Shown here: positions 37,100 through 49,749 of the stretch, piece after piece | Layout of the letters: every line of letters starts with the position of its first letter | Numbering within the stretch: position 1 is the first letter of the stretch | Assembly (NCBI RefSeq): GCF_036971445.1 | Contig: NC_091471.1 | Coordinates: 191,518,001 to 191,582,000 of the forward strand | Origin: Narcine bancroftii | Lineage: Eukaryota | Direction: 5' to 3' | Length of the DNA stretch: 64,000 nucleotides | Position numbers and translations under genes: made by a program | Notes under the pieces: model-generated | Told to the model about the DNA's origin: nothing | What the model saw: the letters and a program-made list of their open reading frames with translations, nothing else | Databases searched by the model: none

Positions 37100-38871
37100 A
37101 CCTCATTGAAAGCACGGATGGTATTGTTGCCCTAATGCAATGGCTTTTTAGAAGCTGACTTATCTGACCTATAAAGTAAGTTGATCAGGGGCAAGAGGGA
37201 TGCAGGACTATGGCTGACTTTTCTACTGCCGGGCCTTGTTCAGCATAATTCTAATTAGGCTGGAAATGAGGAGGACGTCCTTGGATAGAGTTCTCCTCAC
37301 CTCAGCTGTGACTATGCAGGGAGCCTGTTCAACAGGGGGACATGGAGCTTTCTTTGGGGTCATCAAGTTCTTTCCATAAAACCGTGCATATATCTCAGTA
37401 GCTTTGCTGATTGTTCCAGATCATTCAAATGTGGATTTTTTTTCAGATGAAGGATTTTTTTTTCCTAACAGCTGACATCAACAAAAAGTTAGGGTTCTGA
37501 TTCTCCCTAATAGTTAAGTGCAGGAAAAACCTTCTCTTGCATTTGGAGCTGCCATCTATCTCATACAATCTTACATTTGTTTAGAGATCAAATAAAGCAG
37601 GAAGCTGTTCCTGCCAAGAAACATGTGCCTCCTTTACCCAAGATTGCAAGATGTTCCTCAAATATAAACAAGAGAACAGATGATATTTTCCCATTGATAA
37701 CCTGAACCATTGGAATTCTTCATTATTTTGATACCATGGAGATTACTACTCCTGGATTGGATAGTCTTTTGCATTAGTCTAGAGGGATAGCACCAGACTT
37801 CTGGATGTCCATCAAGTTATCTTCATGAGGAGAATATAGGACTAAATAAATTTGGATGATCTGGCAAAATTCAGGTATAAAATCTCTTATAATTTTGGAT
37901 TAATTTTTCAGAGAACATCAGTTGGACTCAATCACTATGGAAACTTCCCATAAACTTTGCAGTTATTTAGGTATGTGCTTGTACCTGAGTTAATATTCTG
38001 GTTGTTCCATTATTATGCATGAAAATTATCAAGGGATTCATGATGACAGTCTGCAGTATACCATTCTTTTGCATTTATGTGATGCAGTCTCATGTGGTAG
38101 AGATTATTTTTTCAAAACATAGCAAGAGAAAGACTACATATACATTAATAACTCTGGGACAATGATCATTCCAAACAAACACAGTATGATGATATAAAAA
38201 GTTCACCGTTTCAAGAATCAAGGAGTAGTCGTAAATGACAAGCAACTTATTCCAGAAAAAGACATAATTTGAAAAAGTTGAAAGTTCAGAGTTTATTGTC
38301 AGAGTGCCAAGGTAGAGTGAAAGGTTTGCTTTGCATGCTATCCAGCAAGTCAACACATATATGAGTATGGCAAATAGAAGGCAGCACAGAGTGCAGAGAT
38401 TGCGAAGAACAGAGCAAGGGCAACATTATTTTATGAGCGTGAGGTTGTTGAGGAGTCTGATAGCATCAGGAAAGAAAGTGTCCTCGAATCTGGTGGTGCG
38501 TGACCTAACAGTTATGAATCTTTTTGCTGGGAGGAGGAAAAAGTATGGCTTGGATGAGATGAGTCTTTTAATATGTTTGCTGCTTTAACGGTGCAACAGA
38601 ACATCTAGATGGAATTGATGGAAAGGATGGGAGATTATGTGATAATCTGAACTGTGTGTACAATGGTAATTTTGACTATTTCTTCATAACAGTTTATTAA
38701 TGCTTCCTCTCAGAATGGAAAACCGCATAAATTACAATTGAAACATGCATTTGCATTACGCTTTAAACTGAGAAAAAATGTTCTAAGTGGTTGTTCAGGA
38801 ACATGAGTAGAAGAAAAACTAAAACCAAATAAAGAAGGATATTTGGACAGGAGATAGGTTTTAAAAGGGTC

Positions 38872-39591
38872 TGTAATGGAAGATTCTAACCTGTTTTTTT
38901 AAACTTGCAGCTCTGGGTCCTGCAAGGCTGAGAACCTGCTTGTGTTTTAGAATCAGCAGACATAAGCTAAATTCCACCAAGGGGCCATAGATGCTGTTAT
39001 CTGACGAAAGGACATCTGTGTAACAAGAACATTTAATCTTCCTGTTTGTTTTGGTCACAGACTGTCAGAGGCCTAGCCTTGATGCAAAATAAACCATTGT
39101 ATTCAAAGTGATAAGCTGAAAATTGTGTTATTCGTTAGAAGCCTAGCATGCTAGCTTGCTTGCTTATCTTTCTTGCTGTGCTGGGAATAGGTGCTTGGGT
39201 AAGCAGTTTTTGGGTAATATAAGCCATGATCCCGCTTCTGAAGTTTGAGCCTCTCCCAGAGGTGGCAACATCTCTCAGCAAGAAGAAGAATTTCTGGAGT
39301 CCAGCTAACGTCCCGGTCAGGGGAGGTGGAGAAGCTGCTACCAGCGCCCTGACAACCAACTACAAGTGTGCAGTCGTTGCCTCGCTTCGGCAGTTGGGAC
39401 CAGTCCAAGCGTTGATAAATATAGTTGGGAAGGGCTTGCATATTGTAGTGTGAAATCAGCTTTTGAATTTGTAATAAACATTTGTATAATCTGAACTGCT
39501 CTCGGTGTGTGTGTCTATTTTCTTTCGGTAGCTCAAACACTGTGACCAATCTAAAATGAACAAAATGAGAGGTATAAGTTTACCCAAGACA
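38872..39591 (+). mobile_element. Solo LTR (720 bp), ERV-like
   Basis: TGTAATG...AAGACA; perfect 5-bp TSD GGGTC (38867-38871, 39592-39596); TATAAG at ~39217 and AATAAA at ~39473. Confidence 0.85.
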
Positions 39592-39797
39592 GGGTCTTAA
39601 AAGAGAAAGCTGTAAAGAGTTAGTGAGGCTCAGGGATATAGTGCAGGTGGCTAGAACTTTAAAATCTGAAAACAAAACTACAAATAGCACACCAAAGGAG
39701 TAAGTGGTTTCATAAGAATCCAGGACTGGATGAACTCAAACCTTCAGGGCCATGTAAGAATGAAGGAGGATCATGGGAAAGAGAAGGAAAGTATTTT

Positions 39798-40130
39798 AAT
39801 GCAATACACAAAAAGTGCTGGAGAAACTCGGCAGGTCACACACCATCCAGAGAAAGTAAAAGTGACCAATGTTTCAGACTGGGCCCTTCATCAGGGAAAG
39901 CAAAAACAAGTAGATGCTGAATAAAATGGTTGGGTGGGGGGGGGGGGAGGAGAAAGTGCTAGGGAGGAACACAGACTAATAGGTAAGTGGTCATGGGTGC
40001 ATACAGGAGAGGGGTACCTCTCTGATAGGAGAGGGAAGGTAAGGAGGATGTGGGGAGCTGGAGGAAGTGAGATAGAGATGTTGGATAAGTTAGTGATTGG
40101 GAGGTATTTAGCAGAAATTGATTTAAGATG
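39798..40130 (-). mobile_element. Penelope-like terminal repeat
   Basis: AAGTGCTGGAGAAACTC..GTTTCAGACTGGGCCCTTCATCAGG followed by a purine-rich tract. Confidence 0.65.
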
Positions 40131-40764
40131 ACTTTAGACCTGAGGTTCCTTTTAGCTAGAAGTTACATTTGGACCAATCTGTTCTTGGCTCTGCCCCTGA
40201 TGTCTACGTTGGTGTGAGAATTGGAAGTGAGAAACAACCTGTAGGTCAGCTGCCAGCATTATTGACCTCCTGCACTGATGTGGAACTGAGCAGATGTGAT
40301 GCATTTGTAGCTCAGCAAACCACTTTGCTTTACATCATCCAGAACTGTAATTACATGACCTCTTCCAGAAGAGCTACACCACTGAGATTGCCTGATCCTG
40401 TTAGATTTGCCCAGTTATGCCCTTGTCATAAATAGTTGTCCAATTCCAACCTAATGAATTACTATCCACCAGTGCATGCTCATTGATTTCTCATCAAAAG
40501 ATGCAAAGTGTCACCAGTAGTGCTATTAGATTTTAATTGCTAATACATGCACAGTGATCGATAATTTGGATTTCATCAGGGCCACTCAGTACCAGGCCTT
40601 CTGTTAGCTTTGGTTCAAAACTGAGTGAAATAGTCAGATTCCAAAGATAAGGTTGGAATAATGGCTCTTGAAATCAAGACTGAAGTTAGACAAGAAAAAG
40701 TGCAGATTCAGATGACCTTGTATTCATCATAAGGTCAGAAATGGCAATGTTTGATGATGATTCA

Positions 40765-41188
40765 TTGGGACTTTATTCATTGGAACGCAGACGAATGAGA
40801 AGGGACTTGATAGAGGTATTTAAAATTATGAAAGGAATAGATCGACTAGACATAAACAGACTCTTTCCCCTGAGGGCAGGGGAGGTTGGAATAAGAGGAC
40901 ATGAGTTAAGGGTAAGGGGGCAAAAGTTCAGGAGAAATATTAGAGGAGGCTTTTTCACTCAGCAAGTGATGGCAGAATGGAATGATCTTCCAAATGAGAT
41001 AGTTGCGGCAGGGTCCCTTCTGTCATTTAAGAGAAGGTTGGATGTGTACATGGAGGTGAGGGGGTTGGAGGGTTACGGGCAGAGAGTGGGAGGGTTGAGC
41101 TAGTGGAGTTTGTTCTAGTGAACCGGGGTAAACTCAAAGGCCCGACATGGCCTGTTTCCATGCCGTAAATGGTTATATGGTTATATGA
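40765..41188 (+). mobile_element. CR1 3' fragment
   Basis: LGLYSLERRRMRRDLIEVFKIMKG..FFTQ..WNDLP; (TTATATGG)n tail; same subfamily as 21815-22326. Confidence 0.85.
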
Positions 41189-41284
41189 ATTGAATAATTT
41201 CTTCAGGGTAGGCATCTCTCAAAGAGACATCGTAGTGGAGCAGTGAAATGGAGTTAAACAGGAATATCTGCCGATGTCAGGGTC

Positions 41285-41480
41285 GAGTGCAGCACACTGG
41301 AGGAATGCGGAAGATTATGTAGCATCCACAGGAAGTAAAAGGCAATCAGCATTTTGGGTTTTAGGCTGCAAATGAGATTCCTGATGAAGGGCTCAGATCC
41401 TAAATGTTGATTACCTTTTACTTCCAATCAATTCTGTATGGCCTGCTGAGTTTATCCAGCACCTTTGTGTATTGCAGAAT
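41285..41480. repeat. Inverted pair of Penelope terminal repeats
   Basis: GGAAGTAAAAGGCAATCAGCATTT versus AAATGTTGATTACCTTTTACTTCC, plus outer arms. Confidence 0.6.
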
Positions 41481-44379
41481 TTCAATGAACATGTTTTCAA
41501 GGTGCTTGTTAAAACTAAAATCAATGAGACTCATGGGGAAACTCTCTACTAGTTGAAGTATTTTCCAGCTGTGGGAAATGGAGATTGCAAATGATATCAT
41601 TATAAGGTCTTCCCCAGGGCAGTGTCATTAGCTCATCTGTCTTCACTTGCTTCGTCAATTACCTTCTATCTATTATAAGGTCAGAAATGACAATATCCAC
41701 TGATGATTCCATAATATTCACCCAAAGCTATCTGCATCTGCACAAATTATGAAATTGTCCATGCCACATCCAACAAGTCCTAGGCAATGTTCAGGCCTGG
41801 GCTGAGAAGAGTCAAGTAATATTTTGTCTTAAATATTTTGTCCTAAATATACAACACTATGACATCCCTGACAAACAGGAACCAAACTTCAGTTCAATCA
41901 TATTTCTGTAATCAAATCCTCTACTTTGATGAAAAACATAACTAGATGTACTTAGATAATCTGAGTTCCATAGCCATAAGAACAGGCCAGAGAGTCAGCG
42001 TTCTGTGGTGAAAGACTCATCACCTGAGTCCCCAGAGACATTCCATTACTTAAAAGGCAAATGTCAGAAATGTGAAGGTGTGACAGCTACTCGACTAGAT
42101 TTCAGGACTCAATAAAGGACTCAACCATCTGCCTGGCATCTGTCCTCTAACCTAATCACTCTCTTATTTCTACTACAGTGTGTGTCATATAGGGAATAAA
42201 AAAACAAGACTGCTCTTGGAGCATCTCCTAGAAGTGAAATTTCTACCATCTGAAAGGATAAGACCACCGATGCATGGGAATGGCATCGCCTATATTCTCT
42301 ATTACAAGGCACACACTACTGTGGCCTCTCAAATGACTGCAAGAAATTACAGAAAGTTTTAAACATCATGTAAACAGTCTTCCCCTTCATCAAATCTGTT
42401 CATACCTCCTGCTGATACATCTACCTGAATCTCAAGATTTAACAACTGTTTAGTTCCTACTGTTATCAGACTCTTCAATGGGTTTCGCACTGGCAAAAGA
42501 TGGTGTCTGTGCACTGTTCTCCCTATCCTGCACTATGTTTTTGTACTTTTCTCTAAACCCTGCAATATTGACATTGTAACACTACTCCTGATACTGTTGT
42601 CATTTTTAAATTTGTTTTTGTTTAATTGTTTTGTTATTGCACTATCTGCTGTATGAGTTGACTTACCTGGTTAGCACCTGAAACGAAGCTTTTTACTGTA
42701 TCTCAGCACAAATGACAATAAAACAATTCAAAAATTGTATTTGTTCTTCTTCACAGAGATTTGTAACCTATGCGGCAAACTGTGGAAATGCATTCACAAT
42801 GTGAACTGCTGCAGTTAACATTGGTAACTTGCCACCACATTCTTTAAGGCAGATAGGGATGTTAACGTTATTAAGAATACCAATGTTTAATAAACAAATA
42901 AGATCTGAAATTAGGACTTTCAAAAATACAGTTGAGGTGAAGTCATGAATTTGGAAGAGGACAGCAGAAGATAAGGGAGAGAGTTATCATGGATTGTAAT
43001 TTGCAAAAGGGGTCAAGTTGCTTGTTTCGAGGAGTTAGATGATGGCAGATTTGAAAGCGAATGGGTGAGAAACTGACAAGGAGAAACATTTACATTGTTA
43101 AGGTGGCAAAGGAAATAGGTTTGTGAAGACAATTTTACATAAAATAAATGCAGAGATAAGAATTTTGAAAATGCTGAGAGAAACGTCATTTAACATTACC
43201 TGCATTAAATGAGTTGCAGCCTGTTGTAATAAGGTTAAAATTGAATCAGATTTAATGGTCATAAATTGTCAGTCTATGACACTATCTGGTTCAATGCACA
43301 TGCCACCTCGAACAAATTCAATCTTATTGTCAATGAATTGTCTTTGCAGTCATTCCACCATCCATGCTACACTGCAACCATCTATCATTGTAAAGTCAGA
43401 TGCTAAATCTCTCATGGCAGGAATATCAATACCTTCATGCCAAGGTTCTCTGTTATGAACATTATTTTTGTATTCAAAGCATTGGCCAAAGGTGGCTGCA
43501 GTTCAGCCACAGATTTTCACTGCCTTTGTTGTTTTCTAAAGATGCTATTGAGTATCCGACTTTTTGGCTGTGGCTGATTGGAATGAAGCTTCCACTGGAT
43601 GAATTGACTGAATCTAATTCAGTCCTGCATTCTGGCCTAAGTGATATGTTTAATTAGGATGTGCTTTGGATTCAGAATTCCACATAGACTAAATTATAAT
43701 GGTAACAGGCTCTGGGATACATGTTAGTGATACTTTTATTGCGATATTTTTGCTGTTAATGAAAACTATCCATCAGAGACCTGCAGATGTCTACTCAACA
43801 AACCTGTCAAGCTTGGACAATAGAGTAGCTTGCGAGAAATGAATGCACTTTGAATGACAGCCTCCATCATGAGCACGACTCCAAGCTGGAATTGATGCCA
43901 TCAGCAATGTCAAATAATCCATTTAATTTGGTGGAAACATCCACGGTGACAACATGATTCCAAAAAGAAGCACAGAAATGGCCTTGTGTAATTGATCAGC
44001 TCAATCCATCAGTTAAACTTATGGAAGAGGTGGAGGGTGATGTTGCAGAGAGATTTTCAAATCTTTCAAAGGACCTAGGAAGAGATATAGACATTTCAAC
44101 CCTTCATGTCTTAGGCCGTAGTTTATTATGTCTAAGTTCAATAACCTTTTGATACATTTTATCGATATAATCTATTGAATTCAAATTTGAATGTCATAGT
44201 TCACATAGTTTCAATTTTTTTTTTGTTTTAGGAATGTTTCAAGAATGTCACTATACTTTTTGGGAAAATATATCTAAATTTCCACCAGGAATGGCTATAA
44301 AAGGAAACAATTTCAAATTGACCCTAAATTTATTAATTGTTTTAAACACTTCAAAATAATTTATTTCAAAATTGTCAAT

Positions 44380-44646
44380 TGTGGCGGTGTGAGCAGTGGA
44401 AGAAACACAGCCACCACGTTGAGGGGCGTTAACGATAGTTTTTATTCAAATTCAGCACGCCCCTTTAAGGGCAGCATGAGCTCAGTCACCTGGTGCATTG
44501 TGACATCATAATCGCTGCCCAGGGTGGGCGCTGGAAGGGATGCTGGAGTCAGAGAGAAACCTCTGATGACACCATTTCCCCATGGCTGCCCCGCAACATG
44601 GCAATATAAGCAGGGCCGGTTCACCATGAGGATGTGCGCCGCCACA
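44380..44646 (-). repeat. Gypsy 3' LTR
   Basis: TGTGGCGG...CCGCCACA; about 90% identical to 47797-48063 by manual count. Confidence 0.95.
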
Positions 44647-44689
44647 CAACACGCACCAGAACCGGATACACGTCCTGTCATTTTGGCGG

Positions 44690-47600
44690 CCGGCCCCGGC
44701 ACTTGGGTGCGGCTGTCTGGACTGGCTGTGATAAGTTCAGATGGGCCGCCTTCAGGCGGTTCACCATAAAAAGTTCTTCCTCCCCCCAACGTCCGGGGTG
44801 AAGGTTCCGCAGGACCGGTGCAAGACTTTGTATGGCCCCTCATACGGTCACTGTAGCAGTGCACCTTGTGGTCCCTTCCGCATGAAAACGAACTGGGCCG
44901 AGTCGAGCTCTTTGGGGAGATGAAACGGACAAGTGCAGTGGCATGTCGGGGGTGGGGTAACTAGGGAGGTCAGTCACCTGCGTAGGTCCACCAGCAAGTT
45001 TTTGTTGGTAGCTGTGGTGTTAGGGTTTGAGCCAAAAAACTCACCCAGCAGGGTAAGAGGTGCACCATAGACCATCTCCACTGCTGAAGCCAGCAGGTCC
45101 TACTTGGGTGCCGTCATAATCCCGAGGATGACCCAGGGTAGTAGTTCGTCCGCCAGTCTGGTCTAGAGAGCCTGGTCATAAGCGATGCCTTCAAGTGCCT
45201 GTGGAAACCTCTCCACCAACCCGTTGGACTGCGGGTGGTATGCTGTGGTGTTGTGGAGCTTGATCCCCCAGGAGCTTCACCATCTGAGTCCATAGGGCAG
45301 ACATGAACTGCGCCCCTCTGTCGCTAGTGATGTGCGCTGGGACTCTGAAATGGGTGATCCATTGGGTAACCAGAGTCCTGGCGTACGTCTTTGTGGAGGC
45401 CTCCTTAAGCGGGATGGCCTCCTTGTGGCCAGATTCACCACCGTGAGGAGGTAACGAGCCTCCTTGGACACCAGCAGGGGCCCGATGACATCAACGTGGA
45501 TGTGTTGGAATCTGCAAACCACAGGGTCGAAGTTCTGGTTGGGGGCTCATGTGTGTCGCTGGATCTTGGAGGTCTGGCATCAGGTACAGTTCCTGGCCAG
45601 TTCTTCCACCTCCTTTTTCAGCCCGTGCCACACAAATGGCTCCACAATCATCCGCACAGTTGTCTTTGCCTCTGGGTGAGCGAGGTCATGGATCAGACTG
45701 AAGACTTTTGCCCTCCAGTGCGGCTGGGCACCCAGGCAGCTTTGAGTTTGAGGCCCGAGATGGCGGTCTGCAAGGTCTGTGTCTCCGCATCATTCCTCTG
45801 TACCTGAGCCAGTTTCTTGTAATCCAAGCCAGGCGCGAGATCGTTGATGGCTGGATGGAAGAGCACATCCACAACTACATTGTCCTTGCTGGCCCTGTGC
45901 CAGATGTCGGTCGTGAACTCAGACACATAAGAGAGGTGACACTGCTGTCTGGTTGACCACGGATCCTTGGCCATCGCCAGTGCTTGAGTGAGGGGCTTGT
46001 GATCTGTGAAGGCTGTGAATGACCTGCCCTCGAGGAAGTAGCGGAAATGGCAGATGGACAAATACAGTGCCAAGAGCTCCCGGTCGAAAGCGTTGTATTT
46101 GAGCTCAGGCAGGGGCAGCTACTTGCTGCAAAAAACTAGCGGGCTCCATTTTCCATCGAGCCACTGTTCCAGAACCACCCCCACCCCTCCCCCCCCCCCC
46201 CACTGCTGTAGCTGAGGTGTCCATAAAAAGTGCCAAGTGCACCTCCGGCATCGGATATACCGGAATATGTTGGTATCCCCGCATGAGGTCCACTTTGGAG
46301 AAGATGCATGCGCCGTGGAGGTTGGCGGAGAAATCCTGTATGTGGGGCACCGGGTACTTGTCGGGAGTGGTTGTGTCATTCAACTGACAGTAGTCCCCAC
46401 ATGGTCTCCAGCTCCCAGACGATTTTGGGAGCATATGGAGCAGTGATGCCCAGGCGCTGTTTGAGCGCTGGACAATTCCCAGTTCCTGGAGCCTGGAGAA
46501 CTCCTCCTTTGACTGCTGGAGCTTCTCAGGCAGCAGCCATCTAGGTCTAGCATGCAGCAGGGGGCCCTGTATGGAGATGTGGTGAAAGACCCCATGCTAG
46601 GGCAGGGCAGTGTTGAACTGTGGCTCTAAGATGGCGGTGAATTCGTGGAGGATCTAATTGAACTCGTCCCTGGTGGCAGCTACGGTGGCAATTTCGGGCC
46701 TGCGGGCTTCTGCTGTGTCCAGTTGGGTGGAGTGGAACATTCGGGCATTGACCAGCCTTTTGCCCTTCATGTCAACCAGTAGGCCGTGAGCTCTGAGGAA
46801 GTTGGCCCCTAACAGCGCGGTGCCCACAGAGGCTAGGATGATCCTCCAGTGGAACCTTTCCTTCCTGTTCTGGATCTGTGCCCTGCGGGTGCTGTAGGAC
46901 CTGAGGTGAAGCCATTGGCCACCCGCAGGCTTGGACCTCGAGATCGGGTGCGAGTCTCTAATGCTGTGGGGGAAAGGATTCTGAGCTCAGCCCCTGTGTC
47001 CACCAGGAATTGGCGGCTTATAGGTCTGTCCATCATATGAAGGAGGCTGTTTGTGTGGCCAGCTGTCGCAGCCATCAATGGCGGCTGGTTTGGTCATTTC
47101 CCTGAAAGCCGCAGGGCTGGCAGCACTTACGGGCTTGTGCTGCCCAGTGCTGGTGGGAGAAACACCAGGTCGACTGGCCCTCCTCTGGCTTCATCTTGGG
47201 AGCGGCTTGCAGTCGGCTGGCTCCTGGACATGCCACCTGGTTGAGGGCTGCCTCGTTCTCCCTCTTCATGTGCCAGAGGGCATCCGCATGGTCTGCTGCT
47301 CTCCTTGGGTTCGAGAAGTCTTCATCTGAGGAGCAGCTGGATGTCCTCCGGCATCTGTTCCAGGAATATCTGGCGGAAGAGAAAACAAGGCTTGTGGTCT
47401 TCCGCCAGGGCCAGCATTTCGTCCATCAACGCTGACAGACTACGGTCCCCAAATCCATCTAGGTGAAGGAGCGTGGAAGCCAATTGCTGGGGAGTTAGCC
47501 CAAAAGTTCCAAGCAGCAGGTCTTTGAGGGCAGTGAACTTGCCCGTAGCTGGGAGGTGGTGGATGATGTCGTCCACCCTCACTGTCATATCTTGGTCCAG

Positions 47601-47750
47601 AGCACTCATGACATGATAGAACATCATGGTGTCTGAGGAGATGTTGCGGAGTTGAAATTGTGCTTCCACCTGCCCAAACCACCTTCTGGGTTGGTGGGTC
47701 CAAAAGGGGGAAAGCTTGATAGAGACAACATTAACCCCTTCTGTATCCAT
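44690..47750 (-). pseudogene. Gypsy gag-pol, disrupted
   Basis: gag SIKLSPFW..WFGQVEAQF; protease FLVDTGAE; RT start WRPCGDY..FSKVDL; RNase H FTDHKPL; integrase RFQHIHVDVIGPL; frameshifts and stops throughout. Confidence 0.9.
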
Positions 47751-47781
47751 GGTGTTTTGAGTCCAGAAAAACATCTGGGCT

Positions 47782-47795
47782 CGTCGGGGTCACCA
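47782..47795 (-). promoter_or_regulatory. Primer-binding site for tRNA-Trp
   Basis: Minus strand TGGTGACCCCGACG, 1 nt after the 5' LTR, complementary to the 3' end of vertebrate tRNA-Trp. Confidence 0.9.
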
Positions 47796-47796
47796 C

Positions 47797-48063
47797 TGTG
47801 GCGGTGTAAGCAGTGAGAGAAACACAGCGACCATGTTGAGGGTCGTTAACGACAGTTTTTATTCAAATTCAGCGTCCCCTTATAAGGGCAGCATGAGCTC
47901 AGTCACCTGGTGCATTGTGACATAATAATCGCTGCCCAGGGTGGGCGCTGGAAGGGATGCTGGAGTCAGAGAGAAACCTCTGACGACACCATTTCCCCAT
48001 GGCTGCTCTGCCACGTGGCGATACAAGTGGGCCTGGTTCGCCATGAGGATGTGTGCCGCCACA
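47797..48063 (-). repeat. Gypsy 5' LTR
   Basis: TG...CA, adjacent to the PBS. Confidence 0.95.
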
Positions 48064-48204
48064 CTACATTCATTAGAATAAAAGCTTACTATATGAAACC
48101 ATTTCTTACAATTCAAAACTTTAGTCCCTTTGAATCAATATTTCATTCCATCAGAGACCATTATATCTTTCCCCAGGTCTGAAACTATATGAAGGAAAGT
48201 GATA

Positions 48205-48830
48205 CACAGAACATATAGCATAGAACACTACAGCACAGAACCAGAAGGAACAGGATTACAGCCCATGATGTCTGTATAGAACATGATGCTCAAAATTCAC
48301 TGAAACATTCCTGCTTCTACATGATGCCTATCCTTTGATTTCCTGCATATTCATGTGTCTATCTAGAAACTTCTTAAATGCTACTGTCATATATGCTTCC
48401 ACCACTACCCACAGCAGCCCATTCCAGGCACCTATAACTCTTTGTGTAAATAACCTATCCTACATGTCATCTGTAAACTCGCCTTTGGTTCATTTCAAAT
48501 GCATGTTTTATATTATGTGTGATATTTTACCCTGGGACAAAAATTCTGTCTACCCTATCAATGCCACACCTAATTTTCTAAATTTTGATCAGCCTCCCCT
48601 CAGCCTCCAATGTACCAGAGGAAACAAACCAAATTTGTCCAATCTCTCAAACCTTCTACTCCAGGTAGCATCCTGGTAAATTTCTTCTGTACCCTTTCCA
48701 AAATCTCCACATCCTTCCTATATGGATGCAACCAGAATTGCACACCATAACCCAAATCCATCCCATACTCTCATATTCCATGCCCCACACAATTAAAACA
48801 GCATGACATTTACAACCCTATCTACTAGTG
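48205..48830 (-). mobile_element. Old CR1 3' fragment
   Basis: CATAGAACACTACAGCACAGAA tail and reverse-strand CR1 C-terminal remnants. Confidence 0.65.
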
Positions 48831-49044
48831 TGACCTCTGTCAAAGAGGTGAGACATTTGATTCAGATTAGGATCCAAGAGTCATCTCTGTAATATAACAT
48901 CAGGCCGCATAATGCAAAAATACCAAAGCTATTCCACTGCCTGCCTTTCTAGTCAACTTGTCATGGACTGCACTATTTTAATGTGACTGTTTTCCTTGCA
49001 TTATGGTAACTATGTGTGTGTATTTACAATATTTATGATTTTTT

Positions 49045-49285
49045 TTTAAATTTAGAGATACAGCATGCTAATAGGCCCTTCCAGCACACAGGAGTGCACC
49101 ACCCAATTACACCCAAATGACCCATCAATCTACAAACCCTATTTGGAATGTGGAAGGAAACTTAAGCACCTGGAGGAAATCCATGTGGACATGGGGAGAA
49201 TGTACGAACACCTTACAAAGCTGGATTCGAATACAGGTTGCTAGCTCTATAATAGCATTGTGCTAATTTCTCTGCTCACCGTGCT
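49045..49285 (-). mobile_element. tRNA-derived V-type SINE
   Basis: Family core in reverse with GGATTCGAA B-box. Confidence 0.75.
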
Positions 49286-49749
49286 GGTTATTATATATGA
49301 TCTATGTCTTTATATTCTCTTTTAAATTTAATCTAATGCATAATATTATAGTTGCTTTGTTTAAAGAAAAAAAAACCTGTTCAGCTGCAGCAAGTAAAAC
49401 TTTTGGTCGATACATGCAGTTTACAATGTATATGACAGGAAACTCATTATCATTATTCTTCAAAAGCCACTACTTAACTACTAAAACACATTCACTGTCA
49501 ATCCATAACTCAAGACAATTAAATATACCAACAGCATTTCTTGTGCAAAGTTACACTGCATCACACACAACAGAAAGATATCATACCAATTTTACTACTT
49601 AATTTGCTGTATCTTTACTGATCCAACTGATTAATTGATACTGCCATTTCTTATAATATTTATGTTGACAAATCTTTTAAGATGTAAGTAACAGATGAGT
49701 TGAGGACATCAGTAAATGGGCTGAATTTGAATTGGAATTACTATGTTTG

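Larger units (their letters stand above)
34380..37160 (-). mobile_element. Old Gypsy pol relic (RNase H and integrase) with nested insertions
   Basis: AFNEVKATLVEATML..INASESSVGAVLEQ, VLLGVHTAIKEDL..AGLVY..LPGE, VSLDCLKPAH; interrupted by a SINE and a solo LTR. Confidence 0.8.
44380..48063 (-). mobile_element. Ty3/Gypsy LTR retrotransposon with both LTRs, internally deleted
   Basis: 267-bp direct LTRs, tRNA-Trp PBS, domain order gag-PR-RT-RH-IN on the minus strand. Confidence 0.95.

Noticed and set aside
19119-48063. Inversion by recombination between the solo LTR at 19119 and the opposite-strand Gypsy LTRs
   Set aside because: Flanking 4-5-mers do not match in swapped configuration either, so there is no TSD evidence.
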